Shown piece after piece: positions 18,275 to 24,779 of a DNA stretch of 60,909 nucleotides. The stretch's first letter is position 1. Each line of letters starts with the position of its first letter. The notes beneath the pieces were generated by a model. That model searched no databases, was not told where the DNA came from, and worked only from the letters and a program-made list of their open reading frames with translations. A program made the translations under genes and the position numbers. The stretch lies in assembly GCA_964538435.1 (NCBI GenBank), contig CAZIDX010000008.1, forward strand, positions 1 to 60,909, given 5' to 3'. This stretch comes from an uncultured Gammaproteobacteria bacterium. Its GTDB lineage: Bacteria; Patescibacteriota; Patescibacteriia; UBA9934; GWF2-40-263.

Positions 18275-19747
18275 ATGGCTTCCCGAAGAGACGACCGAGA
18301 AGGTGTGCGAAGCGAATATCTCGCCGCGCTCGCCGCTGAGGTGGCTCTTGCCGCCAAACCCGAAACCCTGTTTGCCGAGCGTACCTCGCTCGACATCAAG
18401 GGACGAACCCAAGCTCTCCAGGACGGACAAAGCGCCCTGCGCGAGCCTCTGGTGTCCGCGCACGTGGCAGCTGAGTTTCGCTCGGTTCCGGAGTGGATCA
18501 TCCATCCCAACACCGGCGAGATCTTCTTCGTTGGTGTGAAGATGACTGACATGGGTGAGTCCAGCGCTCGAGTCTACAAGGTGGGTCCCTGTGGCCCGAT
18601 CCCGCTCGACCAGCCAAACGACACCAAGCGCGTAAACGGGCTCCACTTCCCACTGGGAAGCAACGAGCCTGCCTGGACCGCTGTTCTCCAGTCCTCTCTC
18701 TGCGGAAAGGGAAGCAAGTCGCTCCAGTTCATCTGGGGAGACGACGTCTTCCGCCTCGGCTGGCCCAAGGCGAGTGAGGCTCGAGCCGCGACCTACCACC
18801 ATGCCCTGCACGCTTACGTGGATGTAAATGCTCGTAAGCACCTGATCGACCTGAATCTCTGGCGTCAAAGCAAGGTTGTCAGCTATTCAACCAAAGGGAT
18901 TCTCGATCTCTATGCGGCGTATGCTGGTGACGACGAACATGCCGAACTCGAGTACGCCACGGTCATCGAGGGGCACTTGATCCTGGTGCTAACCACGATC
19001 CTGCCTGATGAGCGAGCGCGCCTGATCTGGTGGTTCACACCAGAAGGAGATCGTTGCGAGCACAAGCTTCCACTTGGCAGCAACGTCAGTCGCGACGGGT
19101 TCCTCATCCGCAACGGGCTCCTTCACTTCGTGCGAACAGGCTACATGGGGTACACCCCCTCTCAGTTGACAGAGGACGGTCTGATCGAGGGGAACCGCAG
19201 CTGGCTCATGCCCGAAGGTGGATACATCCGTCGGGTAGGTAACCGGGTCATGCTCATCCAGCGCATGGGGATTGGTGAGCAGAACCCCAGCTTCTGCGTC
19301 ACAGACATGCTCTCTGGTCTCCGATACGGTGGCGAAGAGCACGTCATCCAGGGTGAGTTCAAGGACATCCAGTTGAACCACAACGCCATCCTGCTCCTTT
19401 GGGTGCGTGGAGGCATTCCTCGCTGGACGCGCTGGCCCATCGTCGCGAGCAAGCTGCTCGAGGTGGGGCCAGAAGAGGCTCTCGAGAACGAGTGGGACAT
19501 CGATGAGGGGACGCAGGCCGAACGTCTGGTGGTCTACCGCGACAACATCGGCTTCGTGGTCCACTCAAGCTACACGCACCCCAAGCTTGTCTGGAGCAGG
19601 CATTCTGGTTTGACCCAGGAGCTGCGCAGCCACAACGACAAGCCTGTCTGGGTCCCGGCCTATGGTCGGTTCGTGGTCGTGAGCTTTGGCTCCGGCACGA
19701 TCTACGTTCGCGCGTACAAGCCCCCGTTCGAATACGAATCGAACTAG
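18275..19747 (+). CDS. Hypothetical 490-aa protein (GC-rich islet gene)
   Basis: ATG at 18275 is preceded by AGGAGG (18265-70). The track start at 18203 has no SD. The product is Trp/Gly-rich with a beta-strand-like periodicity. I recognise no domain. Confidence 0.55.
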   Translation: MASRRDDREGVRSEYLAALAAEVALAAKPETLFAERTSLDIKGRTQALQDGQSALREPLVSAHVAAEFRSVPEWIIHPNTGEIFFVGVKMTDMGESSARVYKVGPCGPIPLDQPNDTKRVNGLHFPLGSNEPAWTAVLQSSLCGKGSKSLQFIWGDDVFRLGWPKASEARAATYHHALHAYVDVNARKHLIDLNLWRQSKVVSYSTKGILDLYAAYAGDDEHAELEYATVIEGHLILVLTTILPDERARLIWWFTPEGDRCEHKLPLGSNVSRDGFLIRNGLLHFVRTGYMGYTPSQLTEDGLIEGNRSWLMPEGGYIRRVGNRVMLIQRMGIGEQNPSFCVTDMLSGLRYGGEEHVIQGEFKDIQLNHNAILLLWVRGGIPRWTRWPIVASKLLEVGPEEALENEWDIDEGTQAERLVVYRDNIGFVVHSSYTHPKLVWSRHSGLTQELRSHNDKPVWVPAYGRFVVVSFGSGTIYVRAYKPPFEYESN

Positions 19748-19777
19748 GCCCGCGCAACCGAGCCAGGCTCGGCATAC

Positions 19778-19803
19778 AGGAGTTCCTTCGGGAACTCCTT
19801 TTC
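19778..19803 (+). terminator. Intrinsic terminator after the 18275..19747 gene
   Basis: Stem aggagttcc / ggaactcct with loop ttcg, followed by tttc. Confidence 0.7.
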
Positions 19804-19832
19804 AAATACTCGTTATTCATTTCAAAGTTTAA

Positions 19833-19920
19833 CTTCCAACGTCTGACTTCCAACGTCTGACTTCCAACGTCTGACTTCCAAAGTCAGGCTTCCAAAGTCA
19901 GGCTTCCAAAGTCAGGCTTC
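19833..19920 (+). repeat. Tandem array of six 14-nt units: 3x cttccaacgtctga then 3x cttccaaagtcagg
   Basis: Exact 14-nt period. Each unit has an invariant TCCAA plus a 9-nt variable part that is partly reverse-complementary between the two halves. The central hairpin is ctgact-tccaa-agtcag (19871-19887). Confidence 0.85.
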
Positions 19921-20044
19921 TAATTTCTCAAACAGAAAACCCCCGCGCGAGCAGACAATATCGACATCGAATGTCCATGTGGTGTTGGTGGGGTATTTAT
20001 GTGGTTGAAACAAAAAAACGACCAGTATGAACTGATCGTTTTTG

Positions 20045-20119
20045 TGGTACACCGGGTGGGGTTCGAACCCACGGCCAAGAGATTAAGAGTCTCCTGCTCT
20101 ACCACTGAGCTACCGGTGC
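20045..20119 (-). tRNA. tRNA-Lys (anticodon CTT), CCA encoded
   Basis: Hand-folded cloverleaf. Acceptor gcaccgg/ccggtgt, D arm gctc-agtggta-gagc, anticodon arm ggaga-CTCTTAA-tctct, T arm gtggg-ttcgaac-cccac, then A-CCA. Confidence 0.85.
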
Positions 20120-20161
20120 ATAGAAAAATTGTGGATCAACGGCAATAGTATGCCAAGAATA

Positions 20162-20190
20162 TTGACAATCGTCAATATCTGCGGTAGTAT
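20162..20190 (+). promoter_or_regulatory. Promoter of tRNA-Arg
   Basis: TTGACA (20162-67), 17 nt spacer, TAGTAT (20185-90). It lies 28 nt upstream of the mature 5' end. Confidence 0.6.
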
Positions 20191-20218
20191 CTTGCTGTGA
20201 ACAAAACCTTCACCCTGT

Positions 20219-20295
20219 GCGGGTGTAGCTCAGCTGGATAGAGCGCGTGGCTTCGGACCACGAGGTCGGGGGTTCGAGTCCTCCCGCCCGCACCA
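20219..20295 (+). tRNA. tRNA-Arg (anticodon TCG), CCA encoded
   Basis: Acceptor gcgggtg/cgcccgc, D arm gctc-agctggata-gagc, anticodon arm cgtgg-CTTCGGA-ccacg, T arm ggggg-ttcgagt-cctcc, then A-CCA. Confidence 0.9.
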
Positions 20296-20346
20296 CAAAA
20301 ACTACCAGAAATCTGGTGGTTTTTGTTTTGTCTGAGTTTTTATGCC

Positions 20347-20373
20347 AACATCCAGTGTCCAACACTGGGTGTT
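20347..20373 (+). repeat. TCCAA-loop hairpin (11-bp stem)
   Basis: aacatccagtg-TCCAA-cactgggtgtt with one GU pair. It has the same 14-nt spacing from an upstream CCAA as the arrays at 18076 and 19833. Confidence 0.75.
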
Positions 20374-20449
20374 GAATATTGTAAAACCCCCCAACTTTTG
20401 CTGAGGTTTTTTGTTTGTCAAAACATAACAAACTTTTTGTTGCAAACCC

Positions 20450-20478
20450 TTGACTTTCCACTGATTTTGTGGTAAATT
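20450..20478 (+). promoter_or_regulatory. Promoter of the LysM-vWA gene
   Basis: TTGACT (20450-55), 17 nt spacer, TAAATT (20473-78). Confidence 0.6.
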
Positions 20479-20550
20479 ACTCTCTTCCTACGGGCCAATC
20501 TAGACACACTAAACCCCTTTACCCCGTATGGATTCGAAGAGGAGAATCTG

Positions 20551-21444
20551 ATGCAGCAGTTCCTGCAGAACGTCCGCGCCCGTCTGGGCCGTCTGTCCCC
20601 CCGTCAGCGTCGCATCGGCACCATCGTCGGCATCTTCGTCCTGGCCTTCATGCTCGCCCTCGTCCTGTGGCCGAGCGGTGACGGCGCCATCGAGGTCGAC
20701 CCGGCCGACACCCAGCACAACGAGGTCACCCACGTCGTGCAGTCCGGCGAGTACCTGATTGCCATCGCCAAGGAGCACCAGGTGCCCTGGCAGGCGGTCG
20801 CCACCCGCAACCAGACCGATCTGGACCAGCTCGCCAACGAGCGGTGCGAGAAGCTCTCCGAGCGCTACCGCAATCGCACCAACGGTGGACACTACTGCGC
20901 CGAGCAGTTGGTCTACCAGGGGCGCAAGATGTACGGCCTCAACTCGCTCCAGCCTGGCGACAAGGTCATCATCCCGCTCACCAGTCACCCCGTGGTCGAC
21001 TCGGTGATGCAGTCCATCCCGGGCCAGTCCATCGCCATCGTGGTCGATGACACCGGCTCCATGGGCAACGACATCAGCGAGGTCAGCGCGTGGTACATGC
21101 GCGCCACCGGCCAGTTCGGCAAGGACATCGCCACGGTAGTCCTGTACGCCGACGGGTTCACGCGCGAGTACGAGTCCACCGGCCAGGTCCAGTTCCGGAC
21201 CACCGGTTCGGTCGAGACCACGCGCGCCGCCCTGGAACAGGCAGCAGCCTCGAACCCGGACGCCATCGTGCTCGTCAGCGACGAGCCCGGCGACGACTGG
21301 AAGGGCTTCCGCGGCCTGGACCTCCCGCCCGTCTACTCCCACTCGCTCGAGGAGGAGTCGCACGACAACCTGCGCAAGGTGTCGCGCAAGACCGGTGGCG
21401 AGTTCATGCGCCCGCCCCTGCACGCCGTGATCGCGTCCCGCTGA
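20551..21444 (+). CDS. Membrane-anchored LysM plus von Willebrand factor A domain protein (GC-rich islet gene)
   Basis: GAGGAG SD, N-terminal TM (IGTIVGIFVLAFMLALVLW), LysM (HVVQSGEYLIAIAKEHQVPWQAVATRNQ) and vWA MIDAS-like IAIVVDDTGSMGND. Confidence 0.7.
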   Translation: MQQFLQNVRARLGRLSPRQRRIGTIVGIFVLAFMLALVLWPSGDGAIEVDPADTQHNEVTHVVQSGEYLIAIAKEHQVPWQAVATRNQTDLDQLANERCEKLSERYRNRTNGGHYCAEQLVYQGRKMYGLNSLQPGDKVIIPLTSHPVVDSVMQSIPGQSIAIVVDDTGSMGNDISEVSAWYMRATGQFGKDIATVVLYADGFTREYESTGQVQFRTTGSVETTRAALEQAAASNPDAIVLVSDEPGDDWKGFRGLDLPPVYSHSLEEESHDNLRKVSRKTGGEFMRPPLHAVIASR

Positions 21445-21534
21445 CACGACGGTAACGAGCCCTGCGCTCGACAAAGCACCCTGTGAGGTGACTCTGTCGT
21501 CGCGCAGGGTGTTTTGTTTGTATGGCTCATTCGG

Positions 21535-21563
21535 TTGACAAAACAGTAAAATAGTGGTATCTT
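21535..21563 (+). promoter_or_regulatory. Promoter of the 21591..21896 gene
   Basis: TTGACA (21535-40), 17 nt spacer, TATCTT (21558-63). Confidence 0.6.
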
Positions 21564-21590
21564 ATGCTGTCCCCAACACCCGAGGACATC

Positions 21591-21896
21591 ATGAGACACC
21601 TCGTGGTCCTAACGCTCGTCAACGTAGTTCATGCGCAAGCCCAGTACGCGTGTGACGATCCGATCTGCATCAACTGGGAAAACATCTTCATCCTCCTCTT
21701 ATTCGCAGCATTCCTGGTGGTCTGCGCGATCGTCATTGCTTGCCTTGCTGGAATTCTGTACGTGCTGATGACGATCATCCTCCTGATCGTTCATCTGTTC
21801 AGGTGCTGCACCAGCGCCAAGTACAGACGCGAGTACAAAGAAGAAGTCGCTCGCAGCAAAGCAGAGCGAGAAGAAGCGAAACGCCAGGGCGACTAG
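21591..21896 (+). CDS. Small secreted/membrane protein (signal peptide plus one or two TM, basic tail)
   Basis: ATG at 21591 lies after GAGGA. The track start at 21564 falls immediately after the -10 box. MRHLVVLTLVNVVHAQA is signal-like. A long hydrophobic segment and the tail KYRREYKEEVARSKAEREEAKRQ follow. Confidence 0.5.
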   Translation: MRHLVVLTLVNVVHAQAQYACDDPICINWENIFILLLFAAFLVVCAIVIACLAGILYVLMTIILLIVHLFRCCTSAKYRREYKEEVARSKAEREEAKRQGD

Positions 21897-21980
21897 CCCA
21901 CAACGCACGTCCCCGCACGTGCAACGAAACACCCAATCGGTGACTCGTTGCTGTGCGGGTGTTTTGTTTCCTTTGAATAC

Positions 21981-22009
21981 TTGACAACCGAGTGAATAAT
22001 GATTAGTTT
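21981..22009 (+). promoter_or_regulatory. Promoter of the 22037..22261 gene
   Basis: TTGACA (21981-86), 17 nt spacer, TAGTTT (22004-09). Confidence 0.5.
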
Positions 22010-22036
22010 AGTAAGCTTGCTCAATGGAGGTGGAAG

Positions 22037-22261
22037 TTGGCAATCCTGTTCACGATTGCGTTCGTGATGCTCGCTGTGGTCGGCTACAAGCTGTCCTGGC
22101 ACATCGGTCTGATCATTCTGTTCTCAGGCCTCTCGTTCGCTTGCCTGATCTTCGCGATCTCCCGCAGGCGCAAGTACTCTGTCCAGATCAGTTGGATGGC
22201 GGAAAACCTCGACGACCTCATCCCAGACTGCGGCGATATCGACATCGACCTCTGGGATTGA
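22037..22261 (+). CDS. Small two-TM membrane protein with acidic C-terminus
   Basis: TTG start is preceded by GGAGGTGG (22026-33). AILFTIAFVMLAVVGY and IGLIILFSGLSFACLIFAI are hydrophobic helices. Confidence 0.45.
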   Translation: MAILFTIAFVMLAVVGYKLSWHIGLIILFSGLSFACLIFAISRRRKYSVQISWMAENLDDLIPDCGDIDIDLWD

Positions 22262-22329
22262 CTCCCTCTGCTGCGCTATGGTTCTCCCTGGCGCTTTTTC
22301 AATTAGAAAAGCGAGTCGGCGTAGACTCG

Positions 22330-23019
22330 CTAAGGGTGGGGAAGACGCGCAGGGGATCCCATGCGACGCCAGGTCGTAAACGGCACACGCACGCGGCAGG
22401 TGCGATCGCGCTGTCTGCACTGCGCAAAGTCAGTGCTTCCAGTCTTTGCAAATGAACACACGCAGGTGGCTTGGCAGATCCCAGGTGGGAGCTGATCAAA
22501 ACTGATCATCTGCATGCCGTGGCGTTGGCCAATGTGAATCGCCTTGATGTTCGTGGTCGTTCCCAGGATATTGGAGTTGCGGTAGCGATCCAGGAACAGG
22601 CGGTAGAGCACGTCCCCAATCGGCATGGAGCGCGCGCTACCGCTCTTGAATCGATACTCACGCACAACCACGTACGTACCGAGCTCGTACCACATCTCGC
22701 CTCGATCGTCTCGCTCAAGCTCCCAAAGGATGATGCAGCCAACCACACAGTTGTGAGATGTACGATCCACCGCGATCACCACGCGCCCATCGTACGCAGC
22801 AGGCTCAAGCTCAGCTCGGGTCTTGGTCAGAAGATGTCTCTCCTCGCGCGTGATGTCTTCGAGCTCGTTATACCAGCTTTCATCGAGGGCGAGCAAGCGC
22901 TCACCCCACAAGTAGTCGATCCCAGGTGTACCCCGACGATCCAGGGCGAATCGAACAGCCGCTCCCAAACGACTGGTGCGGATTGAAGTATTCAGATCAG
23001 TAGCCATCATCCCAAACAT
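22330..23019 (-). CDS. GNAT-fold-like acyltransferase with Cys-rich C-terminus (weak call; GC-rich islet gene)
   Basis: ATG at 23019 has AAGGAGAG upstream. The beta4-alpha3-beta5-like stretch ELGTYVVVREYRF...IGDVLYRLFL...NILGTTTN resembles the GNAT core. The motifs are not canonical. Confidence 0.45.
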   Translation of the reverse strand: MFGMMATDLNTSIRTSRLGAAVRFALDRRGTPGIDYLWGERLLALDESWYNELEDITREERHLLTKTRAELEPAAYDGRVVIAVDRTSHNCVVGCIILWELERDDRGEMWYELGTYVVVREYRFKSGSARSMPIGDVLYRLFLDRYRNSNILGTTTNIKAIHIGQRHGMQMISFDQLPPGICQATCVCSFAKTGSTDFAQCRQRDRTCRVRVPFTTWRRMGSPARLPHP

Positions 23020-23040
23020 CACTCTCTCCTTATGTTTCCA

Positions 23041-23072
23041 TGACTTTTATTCGTACCTACGAACAAAAGTCA
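23041..23072. promoter_or_regulatory. 32-nt near-perfect palindrome containing TTCGTACCTACGAA (candidate operator)
   Basis: tgacttttaTTCGTACCTACGAAcaaaagtca. The core is at 23050-23063. It overlaps the -10/TSS of the minus-strand promoter at 23069-23097. Confidence 0.6.
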
Positions 23073-23097
23073 TAGGTATTTTTGCTTGGTGTGACAA
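23069..23097 (-). promoter_or_regulatory. Candidate promoter of the 22330..23019 gene
   Basis: On the minus strand: TTGTCA (23097-92), 17 nt spacer, TATGAC (23074-69). Confidence 0.45.
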
Positions 23098-23267
23098 ACA
23101 AAAACACCCCGCGAGGAGGTATTTTTGCTTTGCATGAATTTACTCAGGGCATCACAAAACATCTCCCGCAATCGGGGTCTTCTTGCTCTGCTTTTTTGCG
23201 TTTGAGTAATTCATACTGCGCTTAAGATACTTGAAAAATAGCCCTTTGTCAAATATGATGGGCTCAT

Positions 23268-24149
23268 ATGCAAGAAGTCATGTCATCAATCTGGAGAGTT
23301 CAGGGCGAGAACCCAGGACCAACACTCACGATCACTGGAGGAATCCACGGTAATGAAAAAACAGGGATCGAAGTCGTCTCAAACCTGCGCGAAAAGATCA
23401 ACTCAGGCAAGATTAAGATCGTTGCTGGAACACTCTACCTCGCGCACGGCAACCTCGAGGCCATGAAGATCCCAGACCGCGGCACAGAGCCACGCCTAGA
23501 CCTCAATCGAGCATTCCACCTCAACCTACTCGACCGAGAGCCAGACGGAACTTACGAAGATGCTCGGGCTCGTGAGCTTGCACCAATCTTCAAGGAGACG
23601 GATCTGCTCGTTGACCTGCACGCCACCAACAAGCCATCCGAGCCTTTTATTGCTTGTTATAGTATTGACGAGGCTCATCAAGAACTCTATCAGTGGTATC
23701 CATGCAAAAAGATTATGCTTGATCCAGATAGTATTGTGGGTGGAACACCAGTCACAACCGAGGAGTATGTCGAAGACAATGGGGGAATCGGAATCTGTTT
23801 TGAAACCGGACAAGCCGATGATGTGAGTCGTATCGCAGAAGTGGAGGTTATGACCATGAATGTGCTCAAACACTACGGATTCGTTGAGGGTGATCCGCAG
23901 CCTCCAGAGCAAGTTGAGCAAGAAGTCTTCGAGCTCACGCTCCGCATCGACATGACCGAAGCCGGTTGGGGCTACGCAGAAGGTTTTGGAAACAAGTCCT
24001 GGGAACCATTCACAGCAGGGACACAAATCGGAAGACACGGAGACGAGCCACTCATCCCAGATTATGACGGAATGATCGTCTTCCCAAAGATGCCGCGACA
24101 CAGAGTGCTTGGAAAACCCGTTGGATATCTTGCAAAGAAAATTTCATAA
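23268..24149 (+). CDS. Succinylglutamate desuccinylase/aspartoacylase (AstE/AspA, M14-like) family deacylase
   Basis: Zinc-site motifs TGGIHGNEKTG and VDLHAT. 293 aa, backbone GC. Confidence 0.7.
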   Translation: MQEVMSSIWRVQGENPGPTLTITGGIHGNEKTGIEVVSNLREKINSGKIKIVAGTLYLAHGNLEAMKIPDRGTEPRLDLNRAFHLNLLDREPDGTYEDARARELAPIFKETDLLVDLHATNKPSEPFIACYSIDEAHQELYQWYPCKKIMLDPDSIVGGTPVTTEEYVEDNGGIGICFETGQADDVSRIAEVEVMTMNVLKHYGFVEGDPQPPEQVEQEVFELTLRIDMTEAGWGYAEGFGNKSWEPFTAGTQIGRHGDEPLIPDYDGMIVFPKMPRHRVLGKPVGYLAKKIS

Positions 24150-24154
24150 TCAGA

Positions 24155-24179
24155 AAAGCTCGGCCGTGTGCCGAGCTTT
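24155..24179. terminator. Bidirectional terminator between convergent genes
   Basis: Stem aaagctcggc / gccgagcttt (10 bp) with loop cgtgt. Confidence 0.7.
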
Positions 24180-24182
24180 CGC

Positions 24183-24584
24183 TTATGCGCAGACGAATGG
24201 AATCGAAGGAGACCCGGTCTTGCCGACCTGATCCGGATCCGGCGGATCCCGATCAATGTTGAGCACGCACAGATCCGTGACAGAACGCCGTGACTCGACC
24301 CAGGAGCGGACGTCCTCGAGCGAGTCGAAACCTGGCTCATCGCGCACGGTGAGCCACTTCATCCCGCATGCCTTCATGCTCTCGATCGTGTCCATCACAT
24401 TCTGAAGCGTGATCTCGACGAACGTTCTGTCACCTCCAGCGCTCCGGTAGTAGGTCTGGTCTTCCTCGGTCTCGTGGTTGTCTGCGTACGGGTGTGGGGG
24501 CCAGCATTTCTCAGCGTGGACCACCAAGACGAGCCCACAACTCTCCCCAGCGCAGATGATGTGGTAGCGCTTTTTCCCAGCCAC
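24183..24584 (-). CDS. Hypothetical 133-aa protein (GC-rich islet gene)
   Basis: GTG start with GAGG 8 nt upstream. The promoter at 24621-24649 is divergent from the 24657 promoter. I recognise no domain. Confidence 0.45.
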   Translation of the reverse strand: MAGKKRYHIICAGESCGLVLVVHAEKCWPPHPYADNHETEEDQTYYRSAGGDRTFVEITLQNVMDTIESMKACGMKWLTVRDEPGFDSLEDVRSWVESRRSVTDLCVLNIDRDPPDPDQVGKTGSPSIPFVCA

Positions 24585-24620
24585 TTGTATGCCTCGTTTC
24601 TCCAGCTGGTTAAGATAGAC

Positions 24621-24649
24621 ACATTGCCCTCAAAACACGGTTTTGTCAA
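24621..24649 (-). promoter_or_regulatory. Promoter of the 24183..24584 gene
   Basis: On the minus strand: TTGACA (24649-44), 17 nt spacer, CAATGT (24626-21). Confidence 0.5.
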
Positions 24650-24656
24650 GGGATTG

Positions 24657-24685
24657 TTGACAAATTCTCATTTTCTGGCATTATG
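24657..24685 (+). promoter_or_regulatory. Promoter of the 24714/24780 transcription unit
   Basis: TTGACA (24657-62), 17 nt spacer, ATTATG (24680-85). Confidence 0.55.
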
Positions 24686-24713
24686 GGCTGTTCGCAGCAA
24701 AGAGGAGCAAACA

Positions 24714-24764
24714 GTGGAAGCAACACTTTCCGACACGGACATTGCCCTGATTCTCAAGGGGTGA
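24714..24764 (+). CDS. Candidate 16-codon leader ORF (VEATLSDTDIALILKG) ending in TGA, in frame with the 24780 ORF
   Basis: AGAGGAG (24701-07) lies 6 nt upstream of GTG 24714. The TGA at 24762-64 is in the same frame as ATG 24780, which has no SD of its own. Confidence 0.3.
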   Translation: MEATLSDTDIALILKG

Positions 24765-24779
24765 ATCGATCTGATTCCC

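Noticed and set aside
19833-19920. The 14-nt tandem arrays as a CRISPR locus, given the Cas2-like proteins in the window.
   Set aside because: The units are contiguous 14-mers without spacers, far shorter than CRISPR repeats. No cas1 or effector genes are present, and the arrays are about 12-30 kb from the Cas2-like genes.
20045-20295. The tRNA-Lys/tRNA-Arg pair as the attachment site of an integrated element (prophage or ICE).
   Set aside because: No integrase or recombinase gene is present, no direct repeat of a tRNA 3' end is seen in the flanks, and there are no phage or conjugation genes. The neighbouring GC-rich genes may still be acquired, but not via a recognisable integrative element.
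20509-21474. 321-aa minus-strand ORF opposite the LysM-vWA gene.
   Set aside because: It has no SD or promoter. Its composition is low-complexity Gly/Ala/Val/Asp/Leu. The plus strand encodes recognisable LysM and vWA motifs.
23224-23252. Distal minus-strand promoter TTGACA-17-TATCTT plus a putative terminator at ~23100-23120, defining another small RNA.
   Set aside because: The promoter match is good, but the supposed terminator hairpin (cccc-gcga-gg(a)gg) is only 4-5 bp with a bulge. I do not consider a discrete sRNA supported. It may be a second promoter for 22330..23019.
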